Shown here piece after piece: positions 46,801-58,100 of a DNA stretch of 64,000 nucleotides (positions within the stretch are counted from its first letter, which is position 1; each line of letters begins with the position of its first letter). A program made the position numbers and the translations under genes. Below the pieces are notes generated by a model, which saw only the letters and a list, made by a program, of their open reading frames with translations, had not been told where the DNA came from and did not search any database. The stretch is from Cyanophora paradoxa CCMP329. Its lineage: Eukaryota; Plantae; Glaucophyta. Where the stretch lies: contig QPMI01000687.1 of NCBI GenBank assembly GCA_004431415.1, positions 1 to 64,000 on the forward strand, read 5' to 3'.

Positions 46801-49053
46801 CGTATGCCCTAACGATGCCTGCGCGCTCAAATGACAGGATCGGGATCTCGAAGGCGCACCAGGCGTTGCTCTTCCAGCCCTACTCGCAGGTCCCAAAGAA
46901 CCGCTCGACGCGCATGTTCGAGGGGACGGGCCTCGGCCTCGCCATCAGTCGGCGCCTCGCCGAAGCCATGGGCGGCGCCACCGGCGTCCTCTCCGAGGAG
47001 GGCAAGGGCAGGTCCGCCCCGCCGCGCGCCCCCAGCCCAGCCCCCGCCGCCGCGTTCGAAGGGGGCCGGCGGGGCGGGCAGCACGTTCTGGTGCACGGTG
47101 ACGCTGCGGCGGGACCGGACGTGGGGCCCGGGCCCGAGCCCGCTGGCGGCGCCGGCGCGGGCGGCCTCGGTCTCGTCGACGACGCCGCTGCCGACGGTCA
47201 CCGACGTCGACTCCGACGCCGAGGCCGGCGCCGAGGCCGGCCCCGACGCCCCGGCCCCTCCCGCCCTCCGCCTCGCCCACCTCGGAGCCCTGCGTCCCCC
47301 GCACGCCGCCCCGCCCCGCCCCGCGCTCCGCCCCCGTGCGGGCCCCCCTCGAGGTCTCGGCCTCCGCCCCGCCGGGGCGCCTCGCGGCGACCCTCGCGCA
47401 CGCCGCCTCCCTCCGCTCCCCGCCGGCCTCGCCCGGCCCAGCGCACCACCGGCCCCGCTCGGTGGCCACCCTGCAGCGCCTCGACCGCTCGGGCTCGGGG
47501 GAGGGCGCCGGGGGCGCGCACCTCGGGCTGGCCTCGTCGCTCTCGCTGCCGCCGGGCTCGTTCGGGCAGAAGCTGCAACTGGAGTGGCCGGACCTCACGG
47601 GCGTCCACTGCATCCTCCTCCTGAGGGAGGCGGGGGCGGCGAGGGCGCTGGAGTACTACCTGGTGCAGTGGGGCGCGACGGTGGAGCAGTGCGGGGACGC
47701 GCGCGGGCTCTTCGCCGCCGCGCACCCCGCCTCCCTGCGTGACCTCGGCCAGCTCCGCGAGGCCGTGCCCGGCACCCCGCCCCGCCCCGCCGGCAGCCCC
47801 GGCTCGCCCCTCTTCGGGCCCTTCAGTCCGGCCCGCGGCGGCCCGACGCCGCCCTCGTCGCCGCCGTCGCTGCGGCTGCCGACGGGGACGGCGGGGCGGG
47901 GGAGCCTGGGGAGCCTGGCGCAGTTCGGGGGCCCCGGGGCGGAGGCGGCGGGGCTGCTGGCGGGGAAGCCGCTGGTGGTGGCGGAGCTGGCGGTGCTCGC
48001 CGAGGTCGACGCCTGGCTCCTCTCCGCGGGGGCCGCCCCCGCCGACCTCGCCGCCCACTTCCGCGTCCTCGCCCTCCTCCCCGTCGACACCGCCCTCCCC
48101 GCCTGTCCGCCCCCCGCCCCGGGCCGCCCCCGCCGCGCGCCCCTGACGCTGGCGCAGCGCTCTCGTGCTTCCGGATGCTGGAGACGCTGTCGCTGCCGGT
48201 GCGGCCGACGCTGCTGGCGCGGGCGATCTACAACACGATCCGCCTCTCGCTGGGCGAGGGCCGCCTCCCCCGCACCTACGCCGCCTGCGAGACCCCCGCC
48301 CTCGGGCCCGCCTCCCCCGCCCCCCCCGAGCCGGGCCCCCTCGACGGCGGCCCCGCGCCCCCGACCCCGCACCCCGGCGCGGGGAGCGGGGAGGCGCCCT
48401 CGGCGACGGCGCGGCGGGGCCTCATCCTGCTCGTGGACGACATCAAGGCGAACCTGCTCGTCGCGAAGAAGATGCTCGAGCTCTCCGGCCACGCCGTCGA
48501 GACCGCCGAGAACGGGCAGCAGTGCATCGACCTCTACGCCGCCGACCCCGACAAGTGGGACTGCATCGTCCTCGACGTCGAGATGGTGCGGGGGGCGCGC
48601 AGCCTTGCCGCCCCCTCTGACGTGGCGGCAGCCGGTGTGCGACGGGCGGGAGGCGTGCCAGCGCATCCGGGCAATGGAGCGGGAGGAGGCGGGGCGGGCG
48701 GCGGAGGGGGAGGCGGGGGCGGCGGCGCGGCGCGTGCCCATCGTTTTCATGACGGCGAACGCGCTCCAGGAGGACCGCCAGGAGGCCCTCACCCTCGGCG
48801 CCGACGAGTTCCTCGTGCGCCCCGCCCCGCCCCGCCCCGCCCCGCCCCGCCCCTCACCCGGCCCCCGCAGACGAAGCCTATCCGGCGACCCGTCCTCATC
48901 GAGGTCGCCCCCCTGCCCCTCTGCCTTTCCCCTTCCCCTGCTTCTCGCGCGCCGCCCCTCCAAATTAACCGCTGCCTTCCCTGCACACAGGTTGTCAACC
49001 GCTTCCTCTCCCAGCGACACTCCAGCGTCCCTGCATGCCCAAGCACCCTCTAG
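37872..49053 (+). CDS. Giant hybrid sensor kinase: Ser/Thr-kinase-like + AAA_16 ATPase + helical region + GAF + PAS + HisKA + HATPase + receiver
   Basis: Kinase C-lobe (YTAPELTGR, DARADVYLLGV, LELIHAHLA, CLAKMPGSRYQSAFGVLHDL). Walker A GLPGAGKT; GKADQF; LLDDMHWAD; GNP; FTHDRVQQAAH. GAF (ASQLLSREIVL, KSLLALPVLHQGRPVGCLYLEN). H-box LTHDLRTPLNGIMG; N-box NYLSNALKFT; TDSGIGI; GTGLGLAIS. Receiver: LVDD, LDVEMPVCDG, MTANA, TKP. Confidence 0.92.
46462..46536 (+). repeat. 15-bp coding tandem repeat x5 (PLNAx) inside the HATPase region
   Basis: cccctcaacgc... repeated five times. Confidence 0.85.
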
Positions 49054-49293
49054 CACCTGGCCAGGCCAGCTCGCCTATGCAGGTTGACCTTGCCAGGACA
49101 GCATTGCTTGTACAGGATCTGAGCTCGAGGTATACGCTAAGGATCTTGCGCCCCTCGCATGCGTGATCGCATTATCTCGCCTAAACAGCAACCGGCTCAT
49201 TTCCATCCAATTTCGGGAATTCCGGTCCGGCGTACAGCATTCAGCACCCGTTGTAGCCAGTAGCGGCCGCGGGACGTCGACCCGGCAACCGCA

Positions 49294-50503
49294 ATGGCGC
49301 TCAATTCTAGGACGCCACTCAGGGCTGTCTTTGAGCCAGCCGCCGCAGAAGGGGTGAGCGGGCGAATGGAAGGGCGCTCTGGCACTTGCAGGCCACGCGC
49401 AGGCTCCGTCGACGCAGGGGCTATGAATGCCTTGCTCGTCGACTCCACAGAAGCCCTGGAACGTCTGCAGACCAGCCCGTGCGTCGCTGTCGGTTAAGCG
49501 GCGCGGATCGCTGCAGCTCAGTCGAGAGCCTCGCAGGCGTGCGCATCAGCAGAACGAGGCGAGCACGTCTTCCGCACCCCCGCACCCCCGGGAGCGCAGG
49601 CGCAGGTGCCGCGGTACTACACGTCAGCTCCTTCAGTCGCTGACACGACGGATCGGCAGCGGCCGGTCGAACTTTGCGACGGTCAGATGGAAGGGCTCGC
49701 GGCCCGGGCAGCTCCCCCCTGTCTTCAGCCGGTACCTCAACGTGCTTGAGACGTGCAGCGATGCCACGCTTCGGCGGAAGTGCCGGGCGCCGCGGGGGGC
49801 GGACCTGTGCGAGTGGCTCACCACCAACCTGAGGGAGTTCTTCCAGATCCTCAACCTCCTGTGCGCTGCGCCCTCGGGGGCCGCCGGCGGGGCTGAGGGC
49901 CGGGGCGCGGGCAGGTGGAGCATCTCGTGCGAGGAGGAGTGCACGGCGGAGTCGTGCCCGCGGATGACGGCGGGGGAGGCGTGCGAGTACCTGTGGCAGG
50001 ACGTGAGCAGCGCGGAGTTCGCGGAGCCGCGGCGGGTGCCGGCGCGCGAGTACGTGGAGCGCCTTTTCACCTGGGTCGAGCTGCAGCTCGAGGACGAGTC
50101 CCTCTTCCCCGAGCCCGGCAGCCTCGGCCAGCGCATCTCCCCCAGCTTCCTCCCCGCCCTCAAGACCATCTTCCGCCGCCTCCTCCGAGGCCCGGCCCGG
50201 CCCCCCGCCCGCCCCGCGCCGCGGCGGCGCTGACGGGGGCGCAGTGTACGCGCACATCTACCGCTCGCACTTCCCCTTCCGCGAGATCCGCATGCTCAGC
50301 GGCGAGGAGCACTTCAACAGCTGCTTCCGGTGCCCGCCCGTGCCGGCGCCCCGCGGGGGCGGGCCAGGGCGGGGCGGGGCCGACGTGGGGGCGGCAGGCA
50401 CTTCATCTACTTCTGCCGGGAGCACGACCTGGTGGACGCGCACGACAGCGCCCCCATCAAGGACATCGTCGACCGCATCCTCGCCCTCAACTCCGCGCCC
50501 TAG
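49294..50503 (+). CDS. MOB1: MOB kinase activator (Mob1/phocein family) with N-terminal extension; start approximate
   Basis: PRGADLCEWLTTNLREFFQILNLL, CTAESCPRMTAG, EYLWQD, PAREYVERLFTWV, DESLFP, KTIFRRLLRVYAHIYRSHF and HFNSCFRHFIYF. Confidence 0.9.
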
Positions 50504-51231
50504 CCCCCCGCCCCGGCACCCCGCTCCCGCCCCCACCGCCCTTCTCTCCTCCCCGCCCGCCCTTTCCGACCGCTGCCTCCACCCCCGGCTCTAGTTTTGT
50601 AGCGGCTCGCCCCGCGAGGCTAGCGCGCGCGTTCACCCCGCCCTGAAGTTTTGGCACCAGCATGCGCAGCAAGTTCTGCAGCAGATCAGCGTTGTGCATT
50701 TTGGCAACTGTACATGTATAGGTTTTTGAATGCGGAATATGTTTACAGCGCTTAATTTCCGGGGCCGCTCGCGATCGAGCTCATCAGCTATCAGCGGCTG
50801 TATGCATGTGTTCGTGCATATAATATTTAATTATATAGAGCCCCGCGGCCGCGCGCGTGCCAAGGTGCACTGTGCACGTGCCACCGTGGGCACGGTGCCA
50901 CTGCGCATGCGGCGTGCAATTGGGCCCCGGCTCCGCCCCCGCGCCCGCGAACGGCAAGGTGCAGCTGCAAAGCACATGCGTTGGCGCCATCACCTCGACG
51001 ACTGCTGCAGCAAGACAGGAACTCTCAGAGAGTAGAATTGAACAGCGAATGAAAAAAGACATGAGCGAAAGTCGAAGGTGCAGAAGCCTATACAAAACCA
51101 GCGGAAGCCGTCGCAACCCTGGCGGGGCACATCTTAAAGTACCAGCGTCCTAAAGCATCGGCCGCTGGGCATCCTGAAAGGAATGCACGCCGCATTGAAA
51201 CTAAGGTTGAAAGGTGTCCGAGGGGGCCGAG

Positions 51232-52334
51232 TCAAGCCTCGACGGGGGCCCTCTGGGGGGCGCTGTATTGGTTAATAGCCTCGAGCACGCGCTCAAACTT
51301 CGCCCCCGAAAATTCGTGAACGGTCTCCCCGTCCACCTGCGCAGGCAGCGAGGGGCTGCCCGTCAGGCAGGCGCAGGGCCGGCGGCGGCGGGTCCACGGA
51401 CGATGAAGCGGAATGTTGGGACGGATTTAATTTCGAGACTCCTGCACAAGTCACGCAGGCCGTCATTCTTGTCGCCAACGATCTTGATGAACGCAAGCTC
51501 TGACGACGACGACGTCAGCCAGGAGTCACTAGAGGGCCGGGGCTAGCAAGGCGAGGGGCGATCACCGTTCCTTTCCGCAGCTAGCCTGGCCATCTTGGGT
51601 GCGATGCCCTTACAGGGCCTACAGAAAGAAGCCGATACCCACACAATAACCAGGCTCTCGCTCTCCTTCGCAACCTGGAGCACTTTATTTGAGTCCGGTG
51701 CGCATCCACAGGTTTGCGCATTGCTTTCATTCCTTTTACCTTCAAAATTGCTCTGTACTCCTCGGGTGCATCAAGCTCGAAGATCTGGGCGCGGGCCGCC
51801 TGCGCGAAAGGAAAGGTGAGGCCACCACATCCGCCCGCCGCCCGCCGCCCGCCGCCCGCCTAACAGATAGGACACAGAAAGCACCAGATATACAGAAGCT
51901 GAACCGCAGCACGGGTAAACCGCCCTAAGATACTTCGCCCGCGGCACGGCTAAGCTGCTCGCAGCCATCCCGGAGCCACTGCGCCCGCAGCGTGCCTAGA
52001 CCGCCCAAACGCTTCGCCCCGCCTGAACAGCTCAAAGACAATCGCACCTCGAGAGGGGCGGGGAGGGGCGTTAAGTGGCCGTTAACGTGCCGCACAGAGG
52101 TGCCGTAGAAGGTCCGCGCCAATGGGACTGTGGAGAGAGCGCGCGGCGCGGTTAGCGCGCACGGGCGCACGAGCCTGGGAAACCAATCTCACCGGCGGCG
52201 GCGAACTTGCGGGTAGGACGCTGCTGAGACGAACAAGCGACCGACCGCCCGGGCTGCTGCGCGTCCAGGCTGGTGGTGTTGACGAAAGTGCCGCCGCAAC
52301 GGGCGATGGTAGCGAATGATGCCGCGAAGGCCAT
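51232..52334 (-). CDS. Plastid-targeted thioredoxin (Trx f-like) with FCRPC active site
   Basis: Transit peptide MAFAASFATIAR...; LVIVWVSASFCRPCKGIAPK; FIKIVGDKN; IKSVPTFRFI-VDGETVHEFSGAKFERVLEAI. Confidence 0.85.
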
Positions 52335-52584
52335 CTTGAGTTGCTCTGTCGTAGAGGCAGTCCGTTTAAGGACGCCGGAAGCCCGTGGGCTTGTCAACAC
52401 GCGCTTTGGTTTGTTTGTTTGTGTACCCGGGTGGCCTCTTTCCCCCCCAATCTATGCCTCCGCCGTTGGCGTGCCGCACGTGCACTGCCGCCGCCCTCCA
52501 GCTGCAATCGCGCACTCCGCGAGGTGCTCGCTAACATTCGTCCTAATACGGTGCGCGGGGGTGAAAAAAAACGAAAAGGGTGTC

Positions 52585-53354
52585 CTATATGAGCTTGCTG
52601 TACTTGTCGTTCTGCAGAGAGGCAGTCGGAAGAGGCGCGCGGGGGCGGGGGCGGGGGCGGGGGCGGTGACGGGGGCGGACCTTGCGGAAGTAGATCCACC
52701 AGCCCATGGCGAGGGCCTGGAAGAGGAGGAGCCACCAGAGGGCGGAGAGGAGGCCGCCGCCGGCGTGCGCCTTGACGGTCTGGGCGACGGTCTCCTGGAG
52801 GCCGGCGAGGTCGCCCGGCTGCCCGCCCCGCGCCCCCTCCATCGCCGACTTGGCCCGCGCCAGCTGCGTCGAGAAGTCGTTCACGCGGTTCGTCAGCTGC
52901 CCCAGGTCCTCCTGCCACGCCTTCTTCACCCAGCCCTTGAAGCCCTCCGACGCCGCGTCCCTGCCCCCGCCCCGCCCCGTCACGCCCCGCGCGCCGCACG
53001 GAGCGCCGGCTGCGGGGCCGCCCGGGGCGGGCGCACAGGAGCTGCTTCTGGGAGTCGCGGAGGGAGGTGCCGAGGTTGGCGACCTGCTGCTTCAGCGCCT
53101 CGTTCTGCTCCCTGCGCCCCGCCTCAGGCCGCGCGGCGAGGGGGCGCGGGGCTGGGGTGCGGGGCGGGGGCGGCACTTGAGGGAGCGGAGCTCGCCGGCC
53201 TGGCGGTTCACCAGCTCCCGCAGCGACTCCACCGCCTGCCCCCGCCCCGCCCCCCGTCACCCCCCGCCCCGCCCCCGCCCCGCCCCGCCGCCCCGCCGCC
53301 CCGCGCACCGCCTCCACCGCCGCCGAGTTGCCCGACACCTGCTGCGGCGCCGCC

Positions 53355-53387
<33 letters not shown>

Positions 53388-54997
53388 GGGGGCGGCGGGG
53401 GCGGCGGGGCCTGCTGGGTCTCCTGCGCGGCCGGCGGGGCCTGCTGCTGGCTGCCCTGCGTGTTGGGCGTCTCCGCGGGGCGCTCCGCGGCGACCGGCTG
53501 CGCCGCCGCCTGCTCCTGGCGCGCCGCCTGCGCGCCCCCCGAGGGGAGCTGCACCGCCTCAGGGCGGGGCGGGGGGGGGGGGCGGGGGGGCGGGGCGGGG
53601 GCGGACGGAGTTGAGCTCGTCGCCGTCGATGGGGCGGAACTGGAAGCTCATGACGTCGTGGTTGTCGAAGTAGTAGCCGGTGGCGGCGGTGAAGCCGAGG
53701 TAGTAGCCCGTGGGGACGACGACGTCGGCGGCCCGGAAGCACTCCTCGAAGGTGCCCGTGTTGCGCGCGTCGATGGCCACCGCCAGGCCCCGCTTGACGT
53801 AGCTCACGCGCACCTTCACGTAGTGCGGCTGGTTCCGGTACTCCGACACGCACATCCCGATCGTGTGCGCCGCCCCGTCGTGCTGGTGGTCTGCCCCCGC
53901 GCGTCGGGCAACACGGAGGGACGCGGGCGCGGCGGCCGCACCAAAGCTCTTCGTCCCGTCGTTGACCATCGCGTAGACGGCCGGGTTGTTGCTGCGGCGC
54001 GTGAGCCGCCCGGCGCCCGGCCGCGCGCGGGGCGCCGGCGCGGGGGCGGTGCGCACTGGCGGCCGTCGTTGTCAAACTGGGCGGGGCGTGAGGAGCGGGG
54101 CCGGGGCGGGGAGGCGCGGGGGCGCGCACGGTGTCGAAGATGACGGCCAGGCCGCGGAACTTCTCCGCCCCGCCGAACACCGGACCCTGCTGGTGCGGCT
54201 TGTCCACGTACCAGAACGCCAGCCCGTCCGCCCCGGGGTTCTTCGGCCCTGCGCGCCGCCTCGCGGGGGCCCCGGCACCGCGCCGGGCAGGGCGGGGCGG
54301 GGAGCGCGCCGTGGACGCGGAACTCGAAGACCGCCTCCCAGTCGGGGACCTCCACAGGGGCCATGTTGAAGAGCCAGCCCGAGCGGCTATCCAGCGCCGG
54401 CGTCAGCCGCACGTGCCGGTCCTCCAGAATCGCCGCCCCCTGCTCCCCGCGTCAGAGGCGCCCGCCGCGCGCAGGTGCGACGGGACGCACTCCGAAGTCC
54501 CATGAGTTGATGTAGTTGGTTCTGCGGCAGACGCGCATCAGCGAGTGCGCGCGACTGAGGGCCTCAACGGAGGAGCTGTGGCGCGGGTCTGAATAGAGGG
54601 CATAAGCATCGCTTCTCCGGCTGAGGTGCGGCTTGAAAGTGCATTTCAACATCGCTTATGCCACTGTCTAAAATAGAGACGGCATCGCGGTCCGAGGCGT
54701 CGGCGACGGGCGATGTCGCGTGTGTGCAGACACATTGAGCGCGAGTTCGCCGTCGACGGCGGTCCGCGAGCACGCTTCTATGCGGAAAGCTCTCTTCTTG
54801 ATCAATGCCGGCGAGCACGCACCGGAACGGAGCCTGCGATGCGCCAAATGTGAGTGCTCGGCCGCGAGTTCCGCGCGGGGGCGTCGGTGGCGGAGCGCAA
54901 GCGGATACACCTTGAAACTGTGCCGCGGGTCGATCTCGCTGGACGCCAGCGCCAGCGCCGCGACCAGGGCCAGCGCAATGGCGGTCAGGGCGCGCAT
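52585..54997 (-). CDS. L-type lectin cargo receptor (ERGIC-53/VIP36 family)
   Basis: Signal peptide MRALTAIALALVAALALA. Motifs HSFKAPF, VRLTPALDSRSGWLFN, WEAVFEFRVHG, GADGLAFWY, GPVFGG, GLAVIFDT and GYYLGFTAATGYYFDNHDVMSF. Coiled coil, TM and tail NDKYSKLI*. Confidence 0.92.
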
Positions 54998-55175
54998 TTC
55001 GTTGTCTGCCCTTTCCGACTGCTCTTCGAAACGCGAGGCTCTACCGCTGGCCTAGAACTTTCAGTCTTGCCGAGACTTTTCTTCGCTAGGGGGCTACCCT
55101 AAATTGAATGCCACGCGCTGCGCGCCAAGGGAATCCGCAGCTTGAGCTTCCGGCGTTTCAGTTGACACATCGTTC

Positions 55176-58100
55176 ATGGCGGCCGAGCCATCCGGCGCGG
55201 TCGCGGCGGAGGAAGTGTGGATGACGGCGGAAGAGATCGAGAGCGCGCAGCTGCTTTCCCTGCCTCCGAAGAGCGGTGGAAGAAGCGTTATCGGATGCAT
55301 CGCAGGAAGCTGCGTCGCCATGCCGTCATGGACGCCGATCGGCCTGCTCCTGAAGCGCAATTCTGCGTACGTGTGCTTAGTGGCCGCGTACGCCAGCTGA
55401 GCTGCGCGGCAGGTTCGCCCGACTAGCTGCAGGAGCTTGGACCTACTCCTTCGCGGCGCGAGCTCTGCTTCGGGAATTCTGCTCCAGATGGCCAGGTGCG
55501 TGCGAGCGACGGCCGCTCCAGCGGGACGCAGCGAGCCGGCGCGGTCGCGCAGAGGTTCTTTCAGCGGTCGGGGCGGGCGAGCAGGTGGACCCAGCTGAGA
55601 GCCACCCGGACCGGAACGTGAACCAGTACGTGCACGGCGTGCCCCCCGCCGTGGTGGCTGCCCTCGCCGCCTGGCGCGCCGCCGTCCTGCCCCGCGCCCT
55701 CATCATATCCTTTCGCGCCGCCTCGCTCGCGCCGCGCTGCGCCGCCGGCCTGGCGCGGCCCTTGACGTGCGCGGAGAACGAGGAGGACGATGTGGCCGTC
55801 CTGCAGGGCAAGACGGCGTGGGCGGCCGAGGCCGGCGAGCCGGCCCCCTTCCGCCTCAACGCGCGCGCCCCGGAGTTCCGGCCGCCTTCCAGCATCCCTC
55901 CGGCCGGCCAGCCGGCGGCGGAGGGCACCGCGCAGGAGGCCGCCGCGGAGGGGACGGCCGGCGAGGAGGGCGGCGCGGAGGGGGCCCGGCCGGGCGCAAA
56001 GAAGCGGCGGCGACGGCGGAGGCGGAGGAAGGGGGTCGGCGGTGCGGCCGGCGACGAGGCGGCGAGCAGCGGGAGCGAGGAGGGCGCGGAGGCCGGCGGC
56101 GTTGGGGCGGCAGCGCCCAAGGGGGCGGACGGGCCGCAGGGCGCGGGCGGAAAGGCGGCGGGAGCGAGACGGGACGATGGCGAGGCTCCCGTGCGGGGCG
56201 TGCTGCGGCTGCCCGCCGAAGCGATGGCGGCTCTGCGCGGCGCCGACCCCGCCGCCTGGCCCCGCTCCCCGGCGGCCCCGCCGCACGCTCCCCCGAGCGC
56301 CCCGCCCCTGTCTGGCTCGCCCGGCCCGCACTGGGCCCCGCCCCGCGCCGGCCACCGCGGCGGCCACCGCGGCGCCCGCCTCGGCGGACGAGGGCGCGCA
56401 GCAGGCGGCGGCCGGCGGGGCGAAGAAGGCGCGGCGGCGGGTGCGCCTGAGCCAGCGGCGGGCCGCCGCCGGCGGGGCGCCCGAAAAGGGGCGGGAGGGG
56501 CGTGAGGAGGGGCGGCGGGCCGAGGAGGCGGCGACGCCGGCGACGCCGGCGAGAAGCGGGGCTGGCTCGCCGCCGTCCTCTCGAGGCCGCCCAAGGAGGA
56601 GGCGGCGCCGCCTCCCCCCGCCTCCTCGGCCTCGCCGGCGACCCCGGCCGCCGAGGGGCGCCCCGGCTCGCGCCTGCTGCTCCTCCGGCGCACCCCGGGG
56701 ACGCCGGCCGCGACGCCGCCCTCGCCCCACCCCACGCCGCGTCAGCGGCTACGCCACCGACATCCCGCCCTCCAGCGCCGCCCGCTCCCCCGGCGACCCC
56801 TCCCCGTCCTCGCCCGCCGCCGCCTGCCACCCTATCTCGCTGCCGCCCGCGCCGCCGCCCGCCCCGCGCCCCTCGAGCCCCGCGCGCCCCCTCCACCCCC
56901 GCCACCCCCGCCGGGGGCGCTGCAAGGCCCTCTCCGCCTCTTCTACGGCCCGCCGCCCGTCGGCGGCGCAGCAGCCGCCGCGGAGCCCGTCGCCGGCCCG
57001 CGCGCCCCAGCTAGCGGGGGCCCCGGAACTCCGCCGGCCTCCTCCCAGCGCGGCGGCTCCCGCCCCGAGGCGGCCTCTGGGGCGGGGCCTGCTGCCGCCC
57101 CCGCGCTCCTTCCTCAACCCGGGCGGCCCCTCGTTGGCGCGGGGAGCCCCGAGAAGCCGGCGTGGGGCCCCTCGCGGGTGCCCCAGCCTGCCCCGCCCGC
57201 CCAGCCCGAGGCGTGGCCCGAGCTCCCGCGCGGCCCGCGCCCCGCCGGCCCACCCCGAGCAGCAGCACCGCGCCCAGTGGCCCGCCCTCAGCGCCGGCGC
57301 CCCTCGCAGGGCGCCGGCGCCGGCTGAGGCGGGGGGGCGGCGGACCTCGGCGTGGCGGCAGCTTCCGAGGGCCCTCGGGGCCGACTCGGACGCCGCCGGC
57401 TCCGGAGTGGAGGGCCCGGCGGGGCGCGGCCCGGCGGGGCGCGGCGCGGCGTACGAGGCCGGTGGGGGTACGAGAGCGCCCCGGGGGCCTTCGCGCGCGC
57501 CGCCCCCTCCTCGTACGCCATGGCCGCCCGCGTGCCCCGGCCAGACGCCGGCGCCGCCCCGCGCGAGGCTCCCGCCCGGGGCCCCGCCGACGACGGTGCG
57601 CGCGCTGCCTCGGGGGCGGGGGCGGGGGCGAGGCGGGTGTGGCGCAGAGGCGGCGCTGGCGGGGCGGATGGCGGCGATGGCGGCGGTGGCCCGCCGCGAG
57701 CAGCGCGCCGCCCGCGAGCGCGCCCGCGCCGCCGCCGCTGCCCACGCCCGCGCCCCGCCCGACGACCCCGAGTCGCCCCGCCGTCCCCGCGCGCCCCGCC
57801 CCGCACCCCCGCTGGGGCGCACAGGCGCCGCCCCGCCCTCTGCCCGGGCGCCTCGGCGAACAGGAGCCGTTCCCCGCGCTGCGGGCTCCCGAGCCGCCCG
57901 GGCGCCGCCGCGCCGCCCTGGCCCCCGCGGGGCGGCAGTGCGCGCCCCGCCTTCGGCGCGCAAGAAACCGAAGCCGTCCAAGGCGTGCGGGGCGCGGCGC
58001 CGGGGCGGGGCCTGTCGCTGGCTCACCGCGGCGCCCCGCAGGTCTTCCCACTGGGAGAGTATCTCGGCCTCGCATCCGACTCCGTGCGCCCCGCCACCCC

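Noticed and set aside
54599-54662. tRNA (Ser/Sec-like) or TPP riboswitch in the lectin intron
   Set aside because: A CTTGAAA loop is present but there is no proper T-arm or D-arm, and the TPP core motifs are incomplete.
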